Both the position numbers and the translations under genes were made by a program. A stretch of 64,000 nucleotides of DNA from Eledone cirrhosa. Lineage: Eukaryota. The stretch lies in contig OZ024740.1 in the NCBI GenBank assembly GCA_964016885.1, positions 140,802,001 through 140,866,000 on the forward strand, read 5' to 3'. Position 1 is the stretch's first letter. Every line of letters starts with the position of its first letter. The notes under the pieces are model-generated. The model made no database searches and was not told the origin of the DNA. It was given only the letters and a program-made list of their open reading frames with translations. Positions 49,335-61,300 of the stretch are shown here, piece after piece.

Positions 49335-52300
49335 GTGTGGTATAGTTGTAGGTATGGTTCTGTGATATAGATGTAGGGATGGTTGTGTGGTATAGATGTA
49401 GGGATGGTTGTGTGGTATAGATGTAAGGTATGGTTGTGTGGTATAGTTGTAGGTATGGTTGTGTGGTATAGTTGTAGGTATGGTTGTGTGGTATAGTTGT
49501 AGGTATGGTTGTGTGGTATAGTTGTAGGTATGGTTCTGTGATATAGATGTAGGGATGGTTGTGTGGTATAGATGTAGGGATGGTTGTGTGGTATAGGTGA
49601 AGGTATGCTTGTGTGGTATAGATTTAGGGATGGTTGTGTGGTATAGTTGTAGGTATGGTTGTGTGGTATAGTTGTAGGGATGGTTGTGTGGTATAGTTGT
49701 AGGGATGGTTGTGTGATATAGATGTAGGGATGGTTGTGCGGTATAGTTGTAGGTATGGTTGTGTGGTATAGTTGTAGGTATGGTTGTGTGATATAGTTGT
49801 AGGTATGGTTGTGTGGTATAGTTGTAGGTATGGTTGTGTGGTATAGTTGTAGGTATGGTTATGTGATATAGATGTAGGGATGGTTGTGTGGTATAGTTGT
49901 AGGTATGGTTGTGTGGTATAGTTGTAGGTATGGTTGTGTGGTATAGTTGTAGGGATGGTTGTGTGGTATAGATGTAGGGATGGTTGTGTGGTATAGTTGT
50001 AGGTATGGTTGTGTGGTATAGTTGTAGGTATGGTTGTGTGGTATAGTTGTAGGTATGGTTGTGTGGTATAGATGTAGGGATGGTTGTGTGGTATAGTTGT
50101 AGGTATGGTTGTGTGGTATAGTTGTAGGTATGGTTGTGTGGTATAGTTGTAGGTATGGTTGTGTGGTATAGTTGTAGGTATGGTTGTGTGGTATAGATGT
50201 AGGTATGGTTGTGTGGTATAGTTGTAGGTATGGTTGTGTGGTATAGTTGTAGGGATGGTTGTGTGGTATAGATGTAGGTATGGTTGTGTGGTATAGTTGT
50301 AGGGATGGTTGTGTGGTATAGATGTAGGTATGGTTGTGTGGTATAGTTGTAGGGATGGTTGTGTGGTATAGTTGTAGGGATGGTTGTGTGGTATAGTTGT
50401 AGGTATGGTTGTGTGGTATAGTTGTAGGGATGGTTGTGTGGTATAGATGTAGGTATGGTTGTGTGGTGTAGATGTAGGTATGGTTGTGTGGTATATGTGT
50501 AGGTATGGTTGTGTGGTGTAGATGTAGGTATGGTTGTGTGGTATAGTTGTAGGTATGGTTGTGTGGTATAGATGTAGGGATGGTTGTGTGGTATAGATGT
50601 AGGTATGGTTGTGTGGTATAGATGTAGGGATGGTTGTGTGGTATAGTTGTAGGGATGGTTGTGTGGTATAGATGTAGGGATGGTTGTGTGGTATAGATGT
50701 AGGGATGGTTGTGTGGTATAGTTGTAGGGATGGTTGTGTGGTATAGATGTAGGTATGGTTGTGTGGTATAGATGTAGGGATGGTTGTGTGGTATAGATGT
50801 AGGGATGGTTGTGTGGTATAGTTGTAGGGATGGTTGTGTGGTATAGATGTAGGGATGGTTGTGTGGTGTAGATGTAGGTATGGTTGTGTGGTATAATTGT
50901 AGGGATGGTTGTGTGGTATAGATGTAGGTATGGTTGTGTGGTATAGATGTAGGGATGGTTGTGTGGTATAGTTGTAGGGATGGTTGTGTGGTATAGATGT
51001 AGGGATGGTTGTGTGGTATAGATGTAGGGATGGTTGTGTGGTATAGATGTAGGGATGGTTGTGTGGTATAGTTGTAGGGATGGTTGTGTGGTATAGATGT
51101 AGGTATGGTTGTGTGGTATAGATGTAGGGATGGTTGTGTGGTATAGATGTAGGGATGGTTGTGTGGTATAGTTGTAGGGATGGTTGTGTGGTATAGATGT
51201 AGGGATGTGTGGTATAGATGTAGGGATGGTTGTGTGGTATAGTTGTAGGGATGGTTGTGTGGTATAGATGTAGGGATGGTTGTGTGGTATAGATGTAGGG
51301 ATGGTTGTGTGGTATAGTTGTAGGGATGGTTGTGTGGTATAGATGTAGGGATGGTTGTGTGGTATAGATGTAGGGATGGTTGTGTGGTATAGTTGTAGGG
51401 ATGGTTGTGTGGTATAGATGTAGGTATGGTTGTGTGGTATAGATGTAGGGATGGTTGTGTGGTATAGATGTAGGGATGGTTGTGTGGTATAGTTGTAGGG
51501 ATGGTTGTGTGGTATAGATTTAGGGATGGTTGTGTGGTATAGATGTAGGGATGGTTGTGTGGTATAGATGTAGGTATGGTTGTGTGGTATAGATGTAGGG
51601 ATGGTTGTGTGGTATAGATGTAGGGATGGTTGTGTGGTATAGTTGTAGGGATGGTTGTGTGGTATAGATGTAGGTATGGTTGTGTGGTATAGATGTAGGG
51701 ATGGTTGTGTGGTATAGATGTAGGGATGGTTGTGTGGTATAGTTGTAGGGATGGTTGTGTGGTATAGATGTAGGGATGGTTGTGTGGTATAGATGTAGGG
51801 ATGGTTGTGTGGTATAGTTGTAGGGATGGTTGTGTGGTATAGATGTAGGGATGGTTGTGTGGTATAGATGTAGGGATGGTTGTGTGGTATAGTTGTAGGG
51901 ATGGTTGTGTGGTATAGATGTAGGTATGGTTGTGTGGTATAGATGTAGGTATGGTTGTGTCGTATAGTTGTAGGGATGGTTGTGTGGTATAGATGTAGGT
52001 ATGGTTGTGTGGTATAGTTGTAGGGATGGTTGTGTGGTATAGTTGTAGGTATGGTTTTGGTGGTATAGTTGTAGGGATGGTTGTGTGGTATAGATGTAGG
52101 GATGGTTGTGTGGTATAGTTGTAGGTATGGTTGTGTGGTATAGTTGTAGGTATGGTTGTGTGGTATAGTTGTAGGTATGGTTGTGTGGTATAGATGTAGG
52201 CATGCTTGTGTGGTATAGATGTAGGCATGGTTGTGTGGTATAGATGTAGGGATGGTTGTGTGGTATAGATGTAGGGATGGTTGTGTGGTATAGATGTAGG

Positions 52301-55300
52301 CATGGTTGTGTGGTATAGATGTAGGTATGGTTGTGTGGTATAGATGTAGGCATGGTTGTGTGGTATAGATGTAGGTATGGTTGTGTGGTATAGTTGTAGG
52401 GATGGTTGTGTGGTTTAGTTGTAGGTATGGTTGTGTGGTATAGTTGTAGGTATGGTTGTGTGGTATAGATGTAGGTATGGTTGTGTGGTATAGATGTAGG
52501 TATGGTTGTGTGATATAGTTGTAGGGATGGTTGTGTGGTATAGTTGTAGGTATGGTTGTGTGGTATAGTTGTAGGGATGGTTGTGTGGTATAGATGTAGG
52601 TATGGTTGTGTGGTATAGTTGTAGGGATGGTTGTGTGGTATAGATGTAGGTATGGTTGTGTGGTATAGATGTAGGGATGGTTGTGTGGTATAGATGTAGG
52701 TATGGTTGTGTGGTATAGTTGTAGGGATGGTTGTGTGGTATAGATGTAGGTATGGTTGTGTGGTATAGTTGTAGGGATGGTTGTGTGGTATAGATGTAGG
52801 TATGGTTGTGTGGTATAGATGTAGGGATGGTTGTGTGGTATAGATGTAGGGATGGTTGTGTGGTATGGATGTAGGGATGGTTGTGTGGTATAGATATAGG
52901 GATGGTTGTGTGGTATAGTTGTAGGTATGGTTGTGTGGTATAGTTGTAGGTATGGTTGCGTGGTATAGTTGTAGGTGTACTTGTGTGGTATAGATGTAGG
53001 GATGGTTGTGTGGTGTAGATGTAGGTATGGTTGTGTGGTATAGTTGTAGGTATCGTTGTGTGGTATAGATGTAGGTATGGTTGTGTGGTATAGATGTAGG
53101 GATGGTTGTGCGGTATAGATGTAGGTATGGTTGTGTGATATAGATGTAGGTATCGTTGTGTGGTATAGATGTAGGTATGGTTGTGTGGTATAGTTGTAGG
53201 TATGGTTGTGTGGTATAGATGTAGGTATGGTTGTGTGGTATAGATGTAGGGATGGTTGTGTGGTATAGTTGTAGGTATGGTTGTGTGGTATAGATGTAGG
53301 GATGGTTGTGTGGTATAGTTGTAGGGATGGTTGTGTGGTATAGATGTAGGGATGTGTGGTATAGATGTAGGGATGGTTGTGTGGTATAGTTGTAGGGATG
53401 GTTGTGTGGTATAGATGTAGGGATGGTTGTGTGGTATAGATGTAGGGATGGTTGTGTGGTATAGTTGTAGGGATGGTTGTGTGGTATAGCTGTAGGTATG
53501 GTTGTGTCGTATAGTTGTAGGGATGGTTGTGTGGTATAGATGTAGGTATGGTTGTGTGGTATAGTTGTAGGGATGGTTGTGTAGTATAGTTGTAGGTATG
53601 GTTGTGTGGTATAGATGTAGGTATGGTTGTGTCGTATAGTTGTAGGTATGGTTGTGTGGTATAGATGTAGGTATGGTTGTGTGGTATAGTTGTAGGTATG
53701 GTTGTGTGGTATAGATGTAGGGATGGTTGTGTGGTATAGATGTAGGTATGGTTGTGTGGTATAGATGTAGGCATGGTTGTGTGGTATAGATGTAGGGATG
53801 GTTGTGTGGTATAGATGTAGGTATGGTTGTGTGGTATAGATGTAGGCATGGTTGTGTGGTATAGATGTAGGGATGGTTGTGTGGTATAGATGTAGGGATG
53901 GTTGTGTGGTATAGATGTAGGGATGGTTGTGTGCTATAGATGTAGGCATGGTTGTGTGGTATAGATGTAGGGATGGTTGTGTGGTATAGATGTAGGGATG
54001 GTTGTGTGGTATAGATGTAGGGATGGTTGTGTGGTATAGATGTAGGCATGGTTGTGTGGTATAGATGTAGGTATGGTTGTGTGGTATAGATGTAGGGATG
54101 GTTGTGTGGTATAGATGTAGGCATGGTTGTGTGGTATAGATGTAGGTATGGTTGTGTGGTATAGATGTAGGGATGGTTGTGTGGTATAGATGTAGGTATG
54201 GTTGTGTGGTATAGTTGTAGGGATGGTTGTGTGGTTTAGTGGTAGGTATGGTTGTGTGGTATAGTTGTAGGTATGGTTGTGTGGTATAGATGTAGGTATG
54301 GTTGTGTGGTATAGATGTAGGTATGGTTGTGTGGTATAGTTGTAGGGATGGTTGTGTGGTATAGTTGTAGGTATGGTTGTGTGATATAGATGTAGGTATG
54401 GTTGTGTGGTATAGTTGTAGGTATGGTTGTGTGGTATAGATGTAGGTATGGTTGTGTGGTATAGTTGTAGGGATGGTTGTGTGGTATAGATGTAGGTATG
54501 GTTGTGTGGTATAGTTGTAGGGATGGTTGTGTGGTATAGATGTAGGTATGGTTGTGTGGTATAGATGTAGGGATGGTTGTGTGGTATAGTTGCAGGTATG
54601 GTTGTGTGGTATAGATGTAGGTATGGTTGTGTGGTATAGATGTAGGTATGGTTGTGTGGTATAGATGTAGGTATGGTTGTGTGGTATAGATGTAGGTATG
54701 GTTGTGTGGTATAGATGTAGGTATGGTTGTGTGGTATAGATGTAGGGATGGTTGTGTGGTATAGATGTAGGTATGGTTGTGTGATATAGATGTAGGTATG
54801 GTTGTGTGGTATAGATGTAGGTATGGTTGTGTGGTATAGTTGTAGGTATGGTTGTGTGGTATAGATGTAGGTATGGTTGTGTGGTATAGTTGTAGGTATG
54901 GTTGTGTGGTATAGATGTAGGGATGGTTGTGTGGTATAGTTGTAGGGATGGTTGTGTGGTATAGTTGTAGGTATGGTTGTGTGGTATACTTGTAGGTATG
55001 GTTGTGTGGTATAGATGTAGGGATGGTTGTGTGGTATGGATGTAGGGATGGTTGTGTGGTATAGTTGTAGGGATGGTTGTGTGGTATAGATGTAGGTATG
55101 GTTGTGTGGTATAGTTGTAGGGATGGTTGTGTGGTATAGATGTAGAGATGGTTGTGTGGTATAGATGTGGGGATGGTTGTGTGGTATGGATGTAGGGATG
55201 GTTGTGTGGTATAGATGTAGGTATGGTTGTGTGGTATAGATGTAGGGATGGTTGTGTGGTATAGTTGTAGGTATGGTTGTGTGGTATAGTTGTAGGTATG

Positions 55301-58300
55301 GTTGCGTGGTATAGTTGTAGGTATGCTTGTGTGGTATAGATGTAGGGATGGTTGTGTGGTGTAGATGTAGGTATGGTTGTGTGGTATAGTTGTAGGCATG
55401 GTTGTGTGGTATAGTTGTACGTATGGTTGTGTGGTATAGATGTAGGTATGGTTGTGTGGTATAGATGTAGGGATGGTTGTGTGGTATAGATGTAGGTATG
55501 GTTGTGTGATATAGATGTAGGTATGGTTGTGTGGTATAGATGTAGGTATGGTTGTGTGGTATAGTTGTAGGTATGGTTGTGTGGTATAGATATAGGGATG
55601 GTTGTGTGGTATAGTTGTAGGTATGGTTGTGTGGTATAGATGTAGGGATGGTTGTGTGGTATAGTTGTAGGGATGGTTGTGTGGTATAGTTGTAGGTATG
55701 GTTGTGTGGTATACTTGTAGGTATGGTTGTGTGGTATAGATGTAGGGATGGTTGTGTGGTATGGATGTAGGGATGGTTGTGTGGTATAGTTGTAGGGATG
55801 GTTGTGTGGTATAGTTGTAGGGATGGTTGTATGGTATAGATGTAGGTATGGTTGTGTGGTATAGATGTAGGGATGGTTGTGTGGTATAGTTGTAGGGATG
55901 GTTGTGTGGTATAGTTGTAGGTATGGTTGTGTGGTATAGTTGTAGGTATGGTTGTGTGGTATAGTTGTAGGGATGGTTGTGTGGTATACTTGTAGGTATG
56001 GTTGTGTGGTATAGATGTAGGTATGGTTGTGTGGTATACTTGTAGGTATGGTTGTGTGGTATAGTTGTAGGGATGGTTGTGTGGTATAGTTGTAGGTATG
56101 GTTGTGTGGTATAGATGTAGGTATGGTTGTGTGGTATAGATGTAGGTATGGTTGTGTGGTATAGATGTAAGTATGCTTGTGTGGTATAGATGTAGGTATG
56201 GTTGAGTGGTATACTTGTAGGTATGGTTGTGTGGTATAGTTGTAGGGATGGTTCTGTGATATAGTTGTCGGTATGGTTGTGTGGTATAGATGTAGGTATG
56301 GTTGTGTGGTATAGATGTAGGGATGGTTGTGTGGTATAGATGTAGGTATGGTTGTGTGGTATAGATGTAGGGATGGTTGTGTGGTATAGTTGTAGGTATG
56401 GTTGTGTGGTATAGTTGTAGGTATGGTTGTGTGGTATAGATGTAGGGATGGTTGTGTGGTATAGTTGTAGGTATGTTTGTGTGGTATAGTTGTAGGGATG
56501 GTTGTGTGGTATAGATGTAGGTATGGTTGTGTGGTATAGATGTAGGGATGGTTGTGTGGTATAGTTGTAGGTATGGTTGTGTGGTATAGATGTAGGGATG
56601 GTTGTGTGGTATAGTTGTAGGTATGGTTGTGTGGTATAGATGTAGGTATGGTTGTGTGGTATAGATGTAGGGATGATTGTGTGGTATAGTTGTAGGTATG
56701 GTTGTGTGATATAGATGTAGGTATGGTTGTGTGATATAGATGTAGGTATGGTTGTGTGATATAGATGTAGGTATGGTTGTGTGATATAGATGTAGGTATG
56801 GTTGTGTGGTATAGATGTAGGTATGGTTGTGTGGTATAGATGTAGGTATGGTTGTGTGGTATAGTTGTAGGTATGGTTGTGTGGTATAGCTGTAGGTATG
56901 GTTGTGTGGTATAGTTGTAGGTATGGTTGTGTGGTATAGATGTAGGTATGGTTGTGTGGTATAGATGTAGGTATAGTTGTGTGGTATAGATGTAGGGAGG
57001 GTTGTGTGGTATAGTTGTAGGTATGGTTGTGTGGTATAGATGTAGGTATGGTTGTGTGGTATAGTTGTAGGTATGATTGTGTGGTATAGCTGTAGGTATG
57101 GTTGTGTGGTATAGTTGTAGGTATGGTTGTGTGGTATAGATGTAGGTATGGTTGTGTGGTTTAGATGTAGGTATGGTTGTGTGGTATAGATGTAGGTATG
57201 GTTGTGTGGTATAGATGTAGGTATGGTTGTGTGGTATAGTTGTAGGTATGGTTGTGTGGTATAGCTGTAGGTATGGTTGTGTGGTATAGCTGTAGGTATG
57301 GTTGTGTGGTATAGTTGTAGGTATGGTTGTGTGATATAGATGTAGGTATGGTTGTGTGGTATAGTTGTATGTATGGTTGTGTGGTATAGATGTAGGTATG
57401 GTTGTGTGGTATAGATGTAGGGATGGTTGTGTGGTATAGTTGTAGGTATGGTTGTGTGGTATAGTTGTAGGGATGGTTGTGTGGTATAGTTGTAGGTATG
57501 GTTATGTGGTATAGTTGTAGGGATGGTTGTGTGGTATAGATGTAGGTATGGTTGTGTGGTATAGTTGTAGGTATGGTTGTGTGGTATAGTTGTAGGTAGG
57601 GTTGTGTGGTATAGATGTAGGTATGGTTGTGTGGTATAGATGTAGGGATGGTTGTGTGGTATAGATGTAGGTATGGTTGTGTGGTATAGTTGTAGGGATG
57701 GTTGTGTGGTATAGTTGTAGGTATGGTTGTGTGGTATAGTTGTAGGGATAGTTGTGTGGTATAGATGTAGGGATGGTTGTGTGGTATAGTTGTAGGTATG
57801 GTTGTGTGGTATAGTTGTAGGTATGGTTGTGTGGTATAGTTGTAGGTATGGTTGTGTGGTATAGATGTAGGCATGGTTGTGTGGTATAGATGTAGGCATG
57901 GTTGTGTGGTATAGATGTAGGGATGGTTGTGTGGTATAGATGTAGGTATGGTTGTGTGGTATAGATGTAGGGATGGTTGTGTGGTATAGATGTAGGCATG
58001 GTTGTGTGGTATAGATGTAGGTATGGTTGTGTGGTATAGATGTAGGGATGGTTGTGTGGTATAGATGTAGGCATGGTTGTGTGGTATAGATGTAGGTATG
58101 GTTGTGTGGTATAGATGTAGGGATGGTTGTGTGGTATAGATGTAGGTATGGTTGTGTGGTATAGTTGTAGGGATGGTTGTGTGGTTTAGTTGTAGGTATG
58201 GTTGTGTGGTATAGTTGTAGGTATGGTTGTGTGGTATAGATGTAGGTATGGTTGTGTGGTATAGATGTAGGTATGGTTGTGTGATATAGTTGTAGGGATG

Positions 58301-61300
58301 GTTGTGTGGTATAGATGTAGGTATGGTTGTGTGGTATAGTTGTAGGTATGGTTGTGTGGTATAGATGTAGGTATGGTTGTGTGGTATAGATGTAGGGATG
58401 GTTGTGTGGTATAGATGTAGGTATGGTTGTGTGGTATAGTTGTAGGGATGGTTGTGTGGTATAGATGTAGGTATGGTTGTGTGGTATAGATGTAGGGATG
58501 GTTGTGTGGTATAGATGTAGGTATGGTTGTGTGGTATAGTTGTAGGGATGGTTGTGTGGTATAGATGTAGGTATGGTTGTGTGGTATAGTTGTAGGGATG
58601 GTTGTGTGGTATAGATGTAGGTATGGTTGTGTGGTATAGATGTAGGGATGGTTGTGTGGTATAGATGTAGGGATGGTTGTGTGGTATGGATGTAGGGATG
58701 GTTGTGTGATATAGATGTAGGGATGGTTGTGTGGTATAGTTGTAGGTATGGTTGTGTGGTATAGTTGTAGGTATGGTTGCGTGGTATAGTTGTAGGTGTA
58801 CTTGTGTGGTATAGATGTAGGGATGGTTGTGTGGTGTAGATGTAGGTATGGTTGTGTGGTATAGTTGTAGGTATGGTTGTGTGGTATAGATGTAGGTATG
58901 GTTGTGTGGTATAGATGTAGGGATGGTTGTGTGGTATAGATGTAGGTATGGTTGTGTGATATAGATGTAGGTATGGTTGTGTGGTATAGATGTAGGTATG
59001 GTTGTGTGGTATAGTTGTAGGTATGGTTGTGTGGTATAGATGTAGGTATGGTTGTGTGGTATAGATGTAGGGATGGTTGTGTGGTATAGTTGTAGGTATG
59101 GTTGTGTGGTATAGATGTAGGGATGGTTGTGTGGTATAGTTGTAGGGATGGTTGTGTGGTATAGATGTAGGGATGTGTGGTATAGATGTAGGGATGGTTG
59201 TGTGGTATAGTTGTAGGGATGGTTGTGTGGTATAGATGTAGGGATGGTTGTGTGGTATAGATGTAGGGATGGTTGTGTGGTATAGTTGTAGGGATGGTTG
59301 TGTGGTATAGATGTAGGGATGGTTATGTGGTATAGATGTAGGGATGGTTGTGTGGTATAGTTGCAGGGATGGTTGTGTGGTATAGATGTAGGTATGGTTG
59401 TGTGGTATAGATGTAGGTATGGTTGTGTCGTATAGTTGTAGGGATGGTTCTGTGGTATAGATGTAGGTATGGTTGTGTGGTATAGTTGTAGGGATGGTTG
59501 TGTGGTATAGTTGTAGGAATGGTTGTGTGGTATAGATGTAGGTATGGTTGTGTCGTATAGTTGTAGGTATGGTTGTGTGGTATAGTTGTAGGTATGGTTG
59601 TGTGGTATAGATGTAGGCATGGTTGTGTGGTATAGATGTAGGCATGGTTGTGTGGTATAGATGTAGGGATGGTTGTGTGGTATAGATGTAGGGATGGTTG
59701 TGTGGTATAGATGTAGGGATGGTTGTGTGGTATAGATGTAGGCATGGTTGTGTGGTATAGATGTAGGGATGGTTGTGTGGTATAGATGTAGGGATGGTTG
59801 TGTGGTATAGATGTAGGGATGGTTGTGTGGTATAGGTGTAGGCATGGTTGTGTGGTATAGATGTAGGTATGGTTGTGTGGTATAGATGTAGGGATGGTTG
59901 TGTGGTATAGATGTAGGCATGGTTGTGTGGTATAGATGTAGGTATGGTTGTGTGGTATAGATGTAGGGATGGTTGTGTGGTATAGATGTAGGTATGGTTG
60001 TGTGGTATAGTTGCAGGGATGGTTGTGTGGTTTAGTGGTAGGTATGGTTGTGTGGTATAGTTGTAGGTATGGTTGTGTGGTATAGATGTAGGTATGGTTG
60101 TGTGGTATAGATGTAGGTATGGTTGTGTGGTATAGTTGTAGGGATGGTTGTGTGGTATAGATGTAGGTATGGTTGTGTGGTATAGTTGTAGGTATGGTTG
60201 TGTGGTATAGATGTAGGTATGGTTGTGTGGTATAGTTGTAGGGATGGTTGTGTGGTATAGATGTAGGTATGGTTGTGTGGTATAGTTGTAGGGATGGTTG
60301 TGTGGTATAGATGTAGGTATGGTTGTGTGGTATAGATGTAGGGATGGTTGTGTGGTATAGATGTAGGTATGGTTGTGTGGTATAGTTGTAGGGATGGTTG
60401 TGTGGTATAGATGTAGGTATGGTTGTGTGGTATAGTTGTAGGGATGGTTGTGTGGTATAGATGTAGGTATGGTTGTGTGGTATAGATGTAGGGATGGTTG
60501 TGTGGTATAGATGTAGGGATGGTTGTGTGGTATGGATATAGGGATGGTTGTGTGGTATAGATGTAGGTATGGTTGTGTGGTATAGATGTAGGGATGGTTG
60601 TGTGGTATAGTTGTAGGTATGGTTGTGTGGTATAGTTGTAGGTATGGTTGCGTGGTATAGTTGTAGGTATGCTTGTGTGGTATAGATGTAGGGATGGTTG
60701 TGTGGTGTAGATGTAGGTATGGTTGTGTGGTATAGTTGTAGGCATGGTTGTGTGGTATAGTTGTAGGTATGGTTGTGTGGTATATATGTAGGTATGGTTG
60801 TGTGGTATAGATGTAGGGATGGTTGTGTGGTATAGATGTGGGGATGGTTGTGTGGTATGGATGTAGGGATGGTTGTGTGGTATAGATGTAGGTATGGTTG
60901 TGTGGTATAGATGTAGGGATGGTTGTGTGGTATAGTTTTAGGTATGGTTGTGTGGTATAGTTGTAGGTATGGTTGCGTGGTATAGTTGTAGGTATGCTTG
61001 TGTGGTATAGATGTAGGGATGGTTGTGTGGTGTAGATGTAGGTATGGTTGTGTGGTATAGTTGTAGGCATGGTTGTGTGGTATAGTTGTACGTATGGTTG
61101 TGTGGTATAGATGTAGGTATGGTTGTGTGGTATAGATGTAGGGATGGTTGTGTGGTATAGATGTAGGTATGGTTGTGTGATATAGATGTAGGTATGGTTG
61201 TGTGGTATAGATGTAGGTATGGTTGTGTGGTATAGTTGTAGGTATGGTTGTGTGGTATAGATATAGGGATGGTTGTGTGGTATAGTTGTAGGTATGGTTG